Below, piece by piece: positions 29,535 to 39,177 of a DNA stretch of 64,000 nt. Below the pieces are notes generated by a model. That model had not been told where the DNA came from. It saw only the letters and a program-made list of their open reading frames with translations, and did not search any database. Positions within the stretch are counted from its first letter, which is position 1. Every line of letters starts with the position of its first letter. Location: positions 1 to 64,000 of IMG/VR virus record IMGVR_UViG_3300046678_000278; one strand, 5' to 3'. The DNA comes from a virus (Duplodnaviria > Caudoviricetes). A program made the position numbers and the translations under genes.

Positions 29535-29870
29535 ATGACAAGTTTTTATAACCTATACGAATCTAGTCAGAAAGATACTGGTAAAGACTTTTGGTTTAAA
29601 CCTGACGACAATGATGAAGGCGTAGAGGTTATCAAGAGAGGGCTAGAAATTCGTCCAGATAGAACAGAAGGCAATACCTTTTGGGACGATTTCATAGGAG
29701 TATTTGGACAAAACACCGAGGATGCTGCAAAGTTCCTTGGTGTTCCTCGTGATAAGATTGCTAAATGGCCAGGAAAAGTCCGTAGACTAGTTGATATTGT
29801 TCGTGCCCAGAATGAAAATGATGATGCCAAGAAAAACAAAAAGGCTCACATGATTAATACTGGATTTTAA
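29535..29870 (+). CDS. Hypothetical protein
   Basis: Start MTSFYNLYES after AAGGA; possible HTH-like segment (DAAKFLGVPRDKIAKW). Confidence 0.55.
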   Translation: MTSFYNLYESSQKDTGKDFWFKPDDNDEGVEVIKRGLEIRPDRTEGNTFWDDFIGVFGQNTEDAAKFLGVPRDKIAKWPGKVRRLVDIVRAQNENDDAKKNKKAHMINTGF

Positions 29871-30583
29871 TTCTTCTCGAATACAAATTTGTTTGCAATA
29901 TAATAATTCTCAATGCTACCTGCGTCTATCCAGAAACCAGGCATATGCCAACAACTCAATTTTGATTTTTCTAGATAATAATTATTGACATCTGTAATTT
30001 CATATTCGCCACGATTACTTGGCTTTAACGTTTTAATAACATCAAACACATCTGGTGGATAACTATAAAGTCCTGTTATAATATAAGGACTTAATGCTTC
30101 TTTAGGCTTTTCTACGATTCTTTTAATTCTCATATCGTTTTCATGAAATTCTACGTTTCCAAATGCTACTGGATTATCTACTCTTGTAATGCCAACACAA
30201 GCACAGTCTGGATTTTTTTCTGCTTGTTCTGCAAAGCCTACCAAACTATCTCCGAAAACGTTATCACCTAGAATAACCATGCACCTTTCATTACAGATGC
30301 CTTCCCACAATCCTAAAGCGTGAGCAATTCCTTTTGGTTCATCTTGTACTTTGTATGTAAAAGAGCAGCCAAAGCGACTTCCTGAACCTAGAAGTTCAAC
30401 AAAATCACCCATATGTTCTGTGCCTGTTACGATTAGTATTTTCGTAATACCACATTCAACCATCTTCTCTACGGGATGGTAAATAAGTGGTTTATCGCCT
30501 AAAGGTAATAGATTTTTATTAGTAACTCTTGTAAGTTCTTTAAGTCTGGTTCCTTTGCCGCCCGCTAAAATTATGCCTATCAT
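29867..30583 (-). CDS. rmlA: Glucose-1-phosphate thymidylyltransferase
   Basis: GIILAGGKGTRL...NKNLLP, ILGDN, VEKP, RGEYEITD. Confidence 0.9.
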   Translation of the reverse strand: MIGIILAGGKGTRLKELTRVTNKNLLPLGDKPLIYHPVEKMVECGITKILIVTGTEHMGDFVELLGSGSRFGCSFTYKVQDEPKGIAHALGLWEGICNERCMVILGDNVFGDSLVGFAEQAEKNPDCACVGITRVDNPVAFGNVEFHENDMRIKRIVEKPKEALSPYIITGLYSYPPDVFDVIKTLKPSNRGEYEITDVNNYYLEKSKLSCWHMPGFWIDAGSIENYYIANKFVFEKN

Positions 30584-30864
30584 TTCTTTTTCTCCCAAGG
30601 TCTTTTTACTTCATCATTATCCCAATAGGCACAGCAATTTCTTTCATTTACATATTGTTTTATTTCTGGGTGATTACACATTCCTATTTCGCCCTCTTTT
30701 TTAATCCACCTACAATTAGAGCAATTAGTGCCCTTGATGCCCTCTGGTAATGTAATTAAATCACCTTTTTTAGCTAAATCCATTTTTTGAGGTATTATTC
30801 CTCCACTGCTGTCTTTCTTAAAATTGTGGTCTTTAGCTTCGGAAAATTGTTCCCATGTCTTCAT
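30580..30864 (-). CDS. HiPIP-like Cys-rich protein with capsid-targeting-like N-terminus
   Basis: MKTWEQFSE; CSNC...C...V....CCAYW. Confidence 0.5.
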   Translation of the reverse strand: MKTWEQFSEAKDHNFKKDSSGGIIPQKMDLAKKGDLITLPEGIKGTNCSNCRWIKKEGEIGMCNHPEIKQYVNERNCCAYWDNDEVKRPWEKKK

Positions 30865-31337
30865 GTAACCCTCCATATTTCTGCTTTTTTATCTTTTTCC
30901 GATATTATGTATTCTCCATTAGTAGGTTTTGGCCATTCTGCAAGACTATAATGTATTGATTTTTCATTCTCTGGTTTATAGGTATCTGATTGTAAGTAAA
31001 TGATAGTTGCATCAGTTGTAGCCATAAAACCATGAGCAAAACCACTTGGTATATGGACAGATGTTGGTATATTAGAATCTAATATGTTTATAAACTGTTT
31101 TAGATATGTTTCTGAATCTTTTCGCATATCTACAGCCACGTCGTAAATTTGACCATGTATGCAAGTAATTAATTTATCAAAATCAGATAGATGTAATCCT
31201 CTAATGGTGTTTTTAACAGAGAATGACCAATTTACTTGTTTTGGTTCTATATCAAATGATCCGTATCTATAAATTTCTTGAAAGAAACCTCTATTATCAG
31301 GAAATCTTTTTAATTCATTAACTTTGAATATCTTCAT
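30861..31337 (-). CDS. rmlC: dTDP-4-dehydrorhamnose 3,5-epimerase
   Basis: DNRGFF.E, IRGLH, DVAVDMR, IPSGFAHGF. Confidence 0.9.
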   Translation of the reverse strand: MKIFKVNELKRFPDNRGFFQEIYRYGSFDIEPKQVNWSFSVKNTIRGLHLSDFDKLITCIHGQIYDVAVDMRKDSETYLKQFINILDSNIPTSVHIPSGFAHGFMATTDATIIYLQSDTYKPENEKSIHYSLAEWPKPTNGEYIISEKDKKAEIWRVT

Positions 31338-31350
31338 GTCATAAAATAGT

Positions 31351-31373
31351 AAAGCCCTCAAAAAGAGGGCTTT
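31351..31373. terminator. Hairpin terminator, possibly bidirectional
   Basis: aaagccctc-aaaaa-gagggcttt. Confidence 0.6.
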
Positions 31374-31379
31374 GTTGTA

Positions 31380-31649
31380 TTACGAAAGGTAAACATTATA
31401 AGTGAATTGAGCACTAGGATAGTGTCCATGACTTACGCTGTTTGAATTTAGTGGATTTGCTATTCCAAAATCAGCACTTTTGCCAATATTTGCTACAAAT
31501 GCTGCATTCCCAGTGTTAAGTGGGCAAGCTGCATTGTTAACATCATTAACATCAAATACTGAAAGCGGTAGTGTTGCTGCTCCTACTGCTAACTGTCTAA
31601 CGAATGGTGCTGTTGGGATTGGTGGTAGTGTTGGGCCATTTTGTGCCAT
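31380..31649 (-). CDS. Small probable virion protein
   Basis: AAGGAG SD; A/N/P-rich with few charged residues. Confidence 0.55.
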   Translation of the reverse strand: MAQNGPTLPPIPTAPFVRQLAVGAATLPLSVFDVNDVNNAACPLNTGNAAFVANIGKSADFGIANPLNSNSVSHGHYPSAQFTYNVYLS

Positions 31650-31702
31650 AATTTTTCTCCTTTAAAAAACACTATAGTATATAGTCTATTGGGAGGTGAT
31701 TT

Positions 31703-32749
31703 ATGACAAGAGTATTACTTACAGGCATTGGTGGATTTGTAGGAAGTCATTGTGTTAGATATTTTCTAAACAATACAGATAGGCACATAGTAGGATTGGA
31801 TTCATTTAGACATAAAGGTACTTATTCTAGATTGAATTATGAAAACATTGTTGACAACAGTAGGGTTACATTACTGAAACACGATCTTACTGTTCCCATT
31901 GATACTGCACTAGAAAATCAAATAATGGATAGAAGTATAGTCAATGGCAAGGTCGTAGAGTCTGGTATTGATTATGTTATTAGTATGGCATCTGATTCAG
32001 CTGTAGAACGTTCTGTAACCGATCCTGCTGCTTGTTGGCGTAATAACTGCGAACTAGTATTAAACATGCTAGAATTGTCTAGAAGAATTAAACCAAAGGT
32101 ATTTTTGCAGATTTCAACTGACGAGGTATATGGAGATTGCCCGGCAGGATATTCTCATCCTGAATGGGATATAATACTCCCATCAAATCCCTATTCGGCT
32201 TCTAAGGCTGCTCAAGAGGCACTTTGCATTTCTTATTGGCGAAGCTATAACATGCCAATCGTTCTTAGCAATACAATGAATATGATTGGCATTACTCAAG
32301 ATAAGGAAAAATTTTTACCTAAGCTAATATGGAAGATTGCTACAGAACAAGAGATGGAAATATATGCTGATACTCTAGAAGATGGTACAAAGTTTATTGG
32401 CACTAGATTTTATCTACATTGTGATAACCATGCAGATGCTTTGATGTGGATACTAGAAAAACCTGTAACTCAGTATTCTCATGAAACCAGATTTCCTGAT
32501 AGATATAATATTTGTGGCAATAAGGAGTTTAATAATCTTGAATTTGCTCAGTTGGTTGCTAAACTTATGAATAAGCCTTTGAAGTATAGGCTAGTTGAAT
32601 CAAAGTCAGCAAGACCAGGATATGATCGTCGTTATGCTCTAGATGGAAGTAAGTTAAACAATCTTGGTTGGAAGCCACCATTAGAATTTGAAGAGAGTCT
32701 AAAGCGTATTATTAATTGGCAACTGGAAAATCCTCATTGGGTTATTTAA
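31703..32749 (+). CDS. rmlB: dTDP-glucose 4,6-dehydratase
   Basis: TGIGGFVG, STDEVYG, PSNPYSASK, RPGYDRRYA. Confidence 0.9.
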   Translation: MTRVLLTGIGGFVGSHCVRYFLNNTDRHIVGLDSFRHKGTYSRLNYENIVDNSRVTLLKHDLTVPIDTALENQIMDRSIVNGKVVESGIDYVISMASDSAVERSVTDPAACWRNNCELVLNMLELSRRIKPKVFLQISTDEVYGDCPAGYSHPEWDIILPSNPYSASKAAQEALCISYWRSYNMPIVLSNTMNMIGITQDKEKFLPKLIWKIATEQEMEIYADTLEDGTKFIGTRFYLHCDNHADALMWILEKPVTQYSHETRFPDRYNICGNKEFNNLEFAQLVAKLMNKPLKYRLVESKSARPGYDRRYALDGSKLNNLGWKPPLEFEESLKRIINWQLENPHWVI

Positions 32750-33284
32750 CCAAAAAATCATATGTTAAAGCCATTTGTCGCCACAGCTGCATAACTCTTT
32801 GTTCATTAACTGTTCTGTTCTTTGCCGTAAACTCCATTGCTTTATGAAAAGGATGTGTTTTTTCTTTCTCTTGCCATGTTTTTAAGTCGAATTTGCCGCA
32901 AGTAGAATAGTCAACAATAGAGATTAAGTCTTGGCTGTCTGCTGCTCCAAAACAAGATAAAGTTTTTGCTTCAACTATTCCCTCAAGAGGTTCTTCTATA
33001 TCTCTTATTATCATATGGTTATCTTGCACTATTACGACTGGCAGAGATATAATCCCACCATTTAGTAAGTTTTGTATTGCTGTGCTTTCTTTTCCATTGC
33101 GTGGATAAGCCAGGTACGGAATATTGCATCTATTTAGAAGCGAAAATTGATATGCTTTGTTGTTTCTTTGAAAAACAACAGCAACTTTCCATGTTGGTAG
33201 GGTAGAATTTATTGAATACCAGCACGAAAAAGTTTGCCACTGATTATGCATTTCTGATTTTGTTGAAATAACTATTGTTGACAT
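32742..33284 (-). CDS. Hypothetical protein, possibly a degenerate glycosyltransferase-like fold
   Basis: Start MSTIVIS; only weak pattern similarity. Confidence 0.4.
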   Translation of the reverse strand: MSTIVISTKSEMHNQWQTFSCWYSINSTLPTWKVAVVFQRNNKAYQFSLLNRCNIPYLAYPRNGKESTAIQNLLNGGIISLPVVIVQDNHMIIRDIEEPLEGIVEAKTLSCFGAADSQDLISIVDYSTCGKFDLKTWQEKEKTHPFHKAMEFTAKNRTVNEQRVMQLWRQMALTYDFLVK

Positions 33285-33305
33285 TTTTCCTCTTTTCACT
33301 ATAAT
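33278..33305 (+). promoter_or_regulatory. Sigma70-type promoter
   Basis: TTGACA-N16-TATAAT upstream of 33339. Confidence 0.7.
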
Positions 33306-33338
33306 CATAGTAGTTTACTTCAAAAAGAAAGGTGTAAC

Positions 33339-33698
33339 ATGAGTGCTATTGTAAGTTTAGATGGTTCTGTTCAAAGGCAGGGCATAAAGGTTAGTGCCCG
33401 TGATTGGTTGGATATGGGTTCAGAAACATGGGCCAAGACACCAGATAAGGTAAAGGCATTGGCTTATCAGGCTGCACAAATAACAGGATGGACTGATGCT
33501 GGACTTATTAAACTAATGACAGGTACATGGGGTCCAAGAATTGACGAAGATACTGCAAAATTCACTCTTGAAACATTACGAGAGTTATCGAAAGAGAATC
33601 CGGCAGATGTAGAAGAGGTATACAAAGATGATGCTCCTCCACCCGTGTTCAAGATTACCGGATGTGATAAAATGATTCCTTTTCCTCCAAAAGATTAA
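33339..33698 (+). CDS. Hypothetical protein
   Basis: 119 aa; SD and promoter present. Confidence 0.6.
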   Translation: MSAIVSLDGSVQRQGIKVSARDWLDMGSETWAKTPDKVKALAYQAAQITGWTDAGLIKLMTGTWGPRIDEDTAKFTLETLRELSKENPADVEEVYKDDAPPPVFKITGCDKMIPFPPKD

Positions 33699-33782
33699 TT
33701 TCGTAAAAATTGCCCTTTACATAACGAAACAAATAAGATAGAATACATCCCACTGAACCACCACACTTTTAGGGAATGAAAA

Positions 33783-34664
33783 ATGAGCAGAAAACTCATC
33801 GGCTTGACTGGACCTTCGGCGTTCACAACGGAGTGCGTAGATATGCTTGAGCAATTCTACGATGCCGATTTTGTGATGCTTTACCATAATAATGAAGAAA
33901 CACTCATGGATTGGGTTAAAAAGTGTGATGGTGTTTGTATCGCCGGGGGAGTGGACATTCATCCAAGTGTTTACGATCACAGCATTTGGAATGGCCAAGG
34001 CTATACCAAATTCGACTTGAAGCGTGATGAACGTGAACTAAAGATTATCAATTATTGCAAAAAAACGAAGAAACCCATGCTTTGCATTTGTCGTGGGCAT
34101 CAACTTCTCGGTATTTCTTACGGTTTCTTTTTGATTCCTGATCTTGCAAGTTCCTCTATCTGTCATCAACCGCAGCGGGCACAAATCAGCGTTGAAAAGA
34201 ACGAACCTGTTCACGCTGTCAGTATCGTTGACACAGATAAGTATTTCCGTACTTTCGCTGGGGCAAAAAATCCAACAGAAAGAATGCCCTTCAAGCGGCT
34301 CATGGGATATGACCAAAACGCAAAACTTTGGACAAACTCTTTCCACCATCAAGGTTTGGCATATCCACAAAGCAAGAAGAATTGGCCTGATGGTGCTTCC
34401 GGCATTACTGTTTACGGTACTGCCCGTGTGGATTTAACCCACATCAAGGTCGAAAAGATTATTGAATTGATGGGTACTGACAGTTGGATTTCTTGTCAGT
34501 GGCATCCTGAGTTTGATTGGATGTGCAATAGCGCTTCCAGAGCGGTTCTTGAGCGTTTTAAGACCATTCTCAATAAAAGCAAACAAGAAGAAATCAAGGA
34601 TGAAGTCAAAGTCCTTGCATCAATCAGCGAGATTGATGCAATTCCACAGGACGAAGAGGTATGA
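33783..34664 (+). CDS. Peptidase C26 / gamma-glutamyl hydrolase (class I glutamine amidotransferase)
   Basis: GGVDIHPSVY, RDERE, ICRGHQ, NSFHHQ, QWHPE; TTTACA-N17-TAGAAT upstream. Confidence 0.85.
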   Translation: MSRKLIGLTGPSAFTTECVDMLEQFYDADFVMLYHNNEETLMDWVKKCDGVCIAGGVDIHPSVYDHSIWNGQGYTKFDLKRDERELKIINYCKKTKKPMLCICRGHQLLGISYGFFLIPDLASSSICHQPQRAQISVEKNEPVHAVSIVDTDKYFRTFAGAKNPTERMPFKRLMGYDQNAKLWTNSFHHQGLAYPQSKKNWPDGASGITVYGTARVDLTHIKVEKIIELMGTDSWISCQWHPEFDWMCNSASRAVLERFKTILNKSKQEEIKDEVKVLASISEIDAIPQDEEV

Positions 34665-34670
34665 GAATTT

Positions 34671-35069
34671 ATGCAAGAAGATGATTTTCTTGAGTTTTCA
34701 TACAAGAAACCATTGAGGGATGAAACGATCTTCCCTCAATGGTATGAAAACACTTATAAAAAAACTCCCATAAGACGGATGGTAAATGATGTTATAGCTC
34801 CAAGGTTAGAATCCTTATCTGACTTGGATTTGTCGATAAGGACTACTAATATTTTAGAGAATGATGGCATTAAGACCGTAAAACAACTTATCGGCTATAC
34901 TATTGATGAGTTATTTGAAATTCGTAATTTTGGAGAGACTTCACTAAGGGAAATCAGAAAGAAGTTAGCAGATAATGGTTTGTTATTAGTGGGTGATAGT
35001 GTACCTGACGACAGATTCAGATTTGAAGACGAGCGATTTCTATCCGCCGAACGATTTGGATTGGACTAA
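34671..35069 (+). CDS. RNA polymerase alpha-CTD domain protein with YKKP-type N-terminal tag
   Basis: LSDLDLSIRTTNILENDGIKTVKQLI...IRNFGETSLREIRKKL...GL. Confidence 0.85.
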   Translation: MQEDDFLEFSYKKPLRDETIFPQWYENTYKKTPIRRMVNDVIAPRLESLSDLDLSIRTTNILENDGIKTVKQLIGYTIDELFEIRNFGETSLREIRKKLADNGLLLVGDSVPDDRFRFEDERFLSAERFGLD

Positions 35070-35075
35070 ATATTT

Positions 35076-35969
35076 ATGTATATTATGCAGCAATATGATG
35101 ATGCTCTAAAGTTTATTTTGGAAAATGGTGAACGAAGGTCAAATCGCACTGGCGTTGACTGCTTAACCATCTATTCAATGACACAAACATATAGGATAGA
35201 TGAATACTTCCCACTTCTTACCAAACGTAAACTTTATCCCAAAGCTATCTTTGCTGAACTTCTTTGGATGCTTTCTGGCTCTACCGACAATGAAGAACTA
35301 ATTAAACTTGGTGCTAATTTTTGGACACCTTGGGTAGATGAAACTCATCCAGAAAACAAAAAGTTTTACGAACGAACAAAATTTCGCAAAGGATTACTTG
35401 GTCCAGTATACGGTTTCCAAATGAGATACTTTGGTGCGCCATATTTCCCAGGAGTAGAAAGTAGAGGGTTTGGACAGACAGATGGTATTGATGTAGGTGT
35501 AGATCAAATAAAATGGCTGATAGAAGAGATAAAGATTAATCCAGACTCAAGAAGATTGATAGTATCTCTTTGGAATCCAGCCGATCTACATATCATGCGG
35601 CTACCACCTTGTCACTATTGCTTCCACGTTTTCATAGACGGCAAGGGTAGAATGTCCCTTTTGTTAAATCAGAGAAGTTGTGATTTTCCTGTTGGAGTTC
35701 CGGCCAATATTCAATTTTATTCTGCTTTGTGTTATATGATAGCACAACAAACTGGATATACACCTTATCAGTTTATTCATCATACAGAAGATTCACACAT
35801 TTACATGAATCAAATTGATAGTGTTAATGAGTATTTGGGCCGTGAAGCAAAGCCTTCGCCAAGAATGACGCTCAACAAAGCAAAGGATATATTTTCTTAT
35901 CAATTAAGCGACTTCAAGATAGAAGAATATGACCCGCATTCCCCAATAAAAGTTATGGTGACTGTATGA
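35076..35969 (+). CDS. thyA: Thymidylate synthase
   Basis: NRTG, ELLW, GPVYGFQ, SRR, LPPCH, QRSCDFPVGVPAN, HIY. Confidence 0.95.
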   Translation: MYIMQQYDDALKFILENGERRSNRTGVDCLTIYSMTQTYRIDEYFPLLTKRKLYPKAIFAELLWMLSGSTDNEELIKLGANFWTPWVDETHPENKKFYERTKFRKGLLGPVYGFQMRYFGAPYFPGVESRGFGQTDGIDVGVDQIKWLIEEIKINPDSRRLIVSLWNPADLHIMRLPPCHYCFHVFIDGKGRMSLLLNQRSCDFPVGVPANIQFYSALCYMIAQQTGYTPYQFIHHTEDSHIYMNQIDSVNEYLGREAKPSPRMTLNKAKDIFSYQLSDFKIEEYDPHSPIKVMVTV

Positions 35970-36133
35970 GGAAATTCTTTGAAACATTGATTCTTAGTGC
36001 AATTTTATTCATAATGGGATTTTTAGCGTATCCATTGGTGTTCGTTCCGCTTGGTGCTAAACTTTTTCCAGAGTTTATGGATGAATTGGTTGCACTTTAC
36101 AGGATATATCTAACACAACTATGGGGATTTTAA
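35966..36133 (+). CDS. Small membrane protein, 55 aa (not in the ORF track)
   Basis: MRKFFETLILSAILFIMGFLAYPLVF...; ATGA overlap with thyA. Confidence 0.5.
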   Translation: MRKFFETLILSAILFIMGFLAYPLVFVPLGAKLFPEFMDELVALYRIYLTQLWGF

Positions 36134-36135
36134 CC

Positions 36136-36405
36136 ATGATTGAATATGCTGATATTCTAGATAAAAGAGTGATTATTGTAATGACAGAAGAAGAAGGTAT
36201 TACACTCATTCCTGGTGTGGCTAAACTTGACAAAGACAACTATATGTTTGAAGTTTACCCAGATAGAGAAGTTATGGAAGAATGGGATGCTAATGAAGCC
36301 GTAGGTATTGGCTGTGAAACTTTTGAAAATGATGTTATTCGCAAACTGGATGATGACCACAATTTAAGAATTAAGTATAATGTTGACTATGCAATTATGT
36401 TATGA
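36136..36405 (+). CDS. Acidic hypothetical protein
   Basis: Part of a tightly packed operon. Confidence 0.5.
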   Translation: MIEYADILDKRVIIVMTEEEGITLIPGVAKLDKDNYMFEVYPDREVMEEWDANEAVGIGCETFENDVIRKLDDDHNLRIKYNVDYAIML

Positions 36406-36412
36406 GGATAAT

Positions 36413-36607
36413 ATGAAATACTCTATTGAGTTAAATTGTCTTGACAATGGCCGAAAGTTCCTTAATTATTGGGATGATGAAAATGGCGAAGACGTAATTT
36501 GTGAAATCATTAATGGACAAATAATGATAGAAGAAAAAGAAATGTCATTTAAAGAAATATCATTTATGGATTTCGTTCAGCTTGTTGAAAGGAAAACAAA
36601 TGAATAA
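36413..36607 (+). CDS. Hypothetical protein
   Basis: GAGG SD, start MKYSIEL. Confidence 0.5.
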   Translation: MKYSIELNCLDNGRKFLNYWDDENGEDVICEIINGQIMIEEKEMSFKEISFMDFVQLVERKTNE

Positions 36608-36812
36608 TTTGCAAGCAAGTGACTTGCCAACGCCTAATGACCTTCTAGGGATTGGGAACTTTTGGGACGGAGAAAAAGCCAAAGACCCAGACGGAAAGAC
36701 TTATTGGCGGTATATGATTTTTACTTATAAAGACAAAAGAACTTATGTTCTAGAGAATCATATTGAACCCGAAACTCGTAAAATTAATCAGATTGTAAAG
36801 CGTCTTTATTAG
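36600..36812 (+). CDS. Hypothetical protein
   Basis: AAGGA SD, start MNNLQ. Confidence 0.5.
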   Translation: MNNLQASDLPTPNDLLGIGNFWDGEKAKDPDGKTYWRYMIFTYKDKRTYVLENHIEPETRKINQIVKRLY

Positions 36813-36832
36813 TAATTTATAAAAGGAATAAT

Positions 36833-37111
36833 ATGCCATACATTAAACAAGAACAAAGAGAAGAGCTAGAACCTCTAATTAATGAGTTAGCTTCTAAGAT
36901 TCAATCCCTATCAGATAAAGATAAAACTGCTTTTGCTGGATTATTAAACTATGCTTGTACTTGTATAGCATTAAAAACCATTCCAGAGAAAAGATATTGG
37001 GCTATTGCAGCAACTACTGGCGCTTTGAGAAATGCTGCCGAAGAATTTTATAGAAGATATGGCGTTCCTTATGAAGATGAAATGATAAAAACTAACGGAG
37101 ATGTCTACTAA
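36833..37111 (+). CDS. Conserved phage protein (MPYIK...GxLNY...EFYRR...PYED...NGDVY type)
   Basis: Recognisable motif layout; function unknown. Confidence 0.65.
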   Translation: MPYIKQEQREELEPLINELASKIQSLSDKDKTAFAGLLNYACTCIALKTIPEKRYWAIAATTGALRNAAEEFYRRYGVPYEDEMIKTNGDVY

Positions 37112-37329
37112 TGGGATGGAAGAAATCACCTAATCATGGGATGCCTAAAACTTATAATTGGACTTTTATGAGTTATGGTTCAAATGAAACTCCCAAAAAA
37201 ATACCTTGGTATTTTATAAACTATCAAGATTGGGGATTTGGATTTTCTGTAGTTTTTAATCGTGCTTTTCGAGGCATTAAAATTCATTTTTTGTGTTTTG
37301 AATCAGTTTTAGGTTGGTATTACAAATGA
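37111..37329 (+). CDS. Hypothetical protein
   Basis: Coupled to neighbouring genes by overlaps. Confidence 0.45.
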   Translation: MGWKKSPNHGMPKTYNWTFMSYGSNETPKKIPWYFINYQDWGFGFSVVFNRAFRGIKIHFLCFESVLGWYYK

Positions 37330-37796
37330 TATACTTAATAGTTGCAACTGACCCTAATGGCGTTATAGGTAAAGACAACACTATACCTTGGCATTGTTCA
37401 GAAGACCTTAAACTCTTTAAGAAGAGAACAGTGGGCGGCTCTGTTATAATGGGCAGTAATACATGGAAGAGTTTACCTAAGAAGCCACTGCCAGACCGGA
37501 AAAATTATGTTTTAACACGTTCTCTGACGTGGTTTGATGATACAAGAGTTGTGTGGTGTAGTTCTTTGACTGATGCTGTCAAGCACGCTTCCGAAGAAAC
37601 AGAAAATGTTTTTATTATTGGTGGGGAGCAGATATACAAAGAAGCTCTCAATCAGAACGTAGTTGATCGCATAATCTTGAGCAAATTAAAAAAAGAATAT
37701 GATGGAAACCGCTATTTCAAAGTTCCTAAAGATTGGGTAGAATATCAGAGAGATAGTTACGAGGAGTTCGATGTCATTTACTTTGTGAAGGGCTAA
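37326..37796 (+). CDS. folA: Dihydrofolate reductase
   Basis: IVA...GVIG..NTIPW...DL..FK..T...VIMG..TW.SLP..PLPDR.N; IIGG. Confidence 0.95.
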   Translation: MIYLIVATDPNGVIGKDNTIPWHCSEDLKLFKKRTVGGSVIMGSNTWKSLPKKPLPDRKNYVLTRSLTWFDDTRVVWCSSLTDAVKHASEETENVFIIGGEQIYKEALNQNVVDRIILSKLKKEYDGNRYFKVPKDWVEYQRDSYEEFDVIYFVKG

Positions 37797-38042
37797 ATGA
37801 AACTCTTAAAGGACTTTTGGAAACATTGTTGGAATTTCTTCTTTCTGTATAAAGAAATACCTACTCAGTGTTGGAAATGCAAGAAACCAATGGTAATTAA
37901 ACTTAAATTACCTAATACTTATGATTTGAAAAATCATCGCTGCATTTCAGGTTCAATGGCTTGTAGGTGCGGCGAAATAACACAAGTATCTTATTACGTT
38001 AATATATCAGGACCAGCATTTGGTCGTAAAATGGGAGATTGA
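37797..38042 (+). CDS. Small Zn-ribbon-like protein
   Basis: CWKC...CRCG. Confidence 0.45.
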   Translation: MKLLKDFWKHCWNFFFLYKEIPTQCWKCKKPMVIKLKLPNTYDLKNHRCISGSMACRCGEITQVSYYVNISGPAFGRKMGD

Positions 38043-38043
38043 G

Positions 38044-38253
38044 ATGGATTTATTGAATAAAGTTTTGGATATGATGGCACATTGGTCGGCGTGTGGGCAA
38101 GGTATATTTTTATTGTTAATGGTTTTGATTGTATTGGGGTTTGCGTATAGTTTTTTCAAATTGATAATTGAGTTTATTCTAATATCCTTTAGAGGCTATC
38201 CAAATAAACCCCATAAGTGTCATCATGGTAAAGATCATGTCCAGAAAACATAG
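38044..38253 (+). CDS. Small membrane protein
   Basis: Hydrophobic helix; GGAG SD. Confidence 0.5.
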   Translation: MDLLNKVLDMMAHWSACGQGIFLLLMVLIVLGFAYSFFKLIIEFILISFRGYPNKPHKCHHGKDHVQKT

Positions 38254-38635
38254 TGATGTTATTGACAGGCTAACTGATCGTGTTAAAAGTTATTACAACA
38301 CGATTAATCGCCGTCAAATGTTTAGTATTTACTCTATAGTTGACATGGAGTTATTTAGGGAGTTTGGTGGAGTATGTAAATGGCTAGAGGGAAATTCACC
38401 AATATTAAATTCGTTTTCTAATGCTTATGGCCAAATTGAAGTTGTTAATGTTGTTATGGATGTTCATTTTGATGAACACAGCATCAAATACGGCAGAAGA
38501 GATTATGCTATAGGCAAAAGTGAATGCAACACAACAGTTGGCAAAAGAACATTTAAAGAAGAATGGGTATTAAGTAATAGGGGTCTTTGGGTTAATTGCA
38601 ATATTGTTCCAAAGGAGCTTAACAGTGAACAATGA
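38237..38635 (+). CDS. Hypothetical protein
   Basis: ORF within the operon. Confidence 0.5.
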   Translation: MSRKHSDVIDRLTDRVKSYYNTINRRQMFSIYSIVDMELFREFGGVCKWLEGNSPILNSFSNAYGQIEVVNVVMDVHFDEHSIKYGRRDYAIGKSECNTTVGKRTFKEEWVLSNRGLWVNCNIVPKELNSEQ

Positions 38636-39170
38636 AGAAGCGGCTAAAGCAAATAGTCTTGAAAGTATTCCAGCCGAAGAAATTAAAGTTGAGCCTAAGT
38701 CTTCTGGAACAAAATCCAAAATTGGCGATGACGCATTCGTATCTGAATTTGTAAAGCTAATAAAATCTGGTCCAGTATGGCGCAGTTCTGGTAAACTTGC
38801 AGAAATACTACAAGTTGACGTTGTAAACTTAGCAGCATGGATGGATAAGCAACCAGAAATAGCAAGGCGTCCAGGCAAAGAAGACGGCGTAGTTTATTAT
38901 GCTGCTTTGAGAAGATTAGAAGAGGAAAAAGAAAAGATTCCTCCTGGTATGGAGAGAAAGCAAATAATAGAAGAAGATAGATATGCTTTTGCACTTCTTC
39001 ATCAAAGTTATAATAATCTGACAACAACTCTTGAAAAATATGCTCTTGGTATTCATACTAGAAACAAAGAAAGTTTTGCTAAATTGGTTGAAGCCAGAGA
39101 TGCAATGAGTGCAGGGATAGTGTTATTTGCAAATGCTTTAAAGTTAGATATTTCAAAACTCCCAAAGTGA
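38625..39170 (+). CDS. Hypothetical protein, possible winged-helix plus helical domain
   Basis: GTG start after AAGGAG; WRSSGKLAEILQVD segment. Confidence 0.5.
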   Translation: MNNEEAAKANSLESIPAEEIKVEPKSSGTKSKIGDDAFVSEFVKLIKSGPVWRSSGKLAEILQVDVVNLAAWMDKQPEIARRPGKEDGVVYYAALRRLEEEKEKIPPGMERKQIIEEDRYAFALLHQSYNNLTTTLEKYALGIHTRNKESFAKLVEARDAMSAGIVLFANALKLDISKLPK

Positions 39171-39177
39171 GAAAGTC

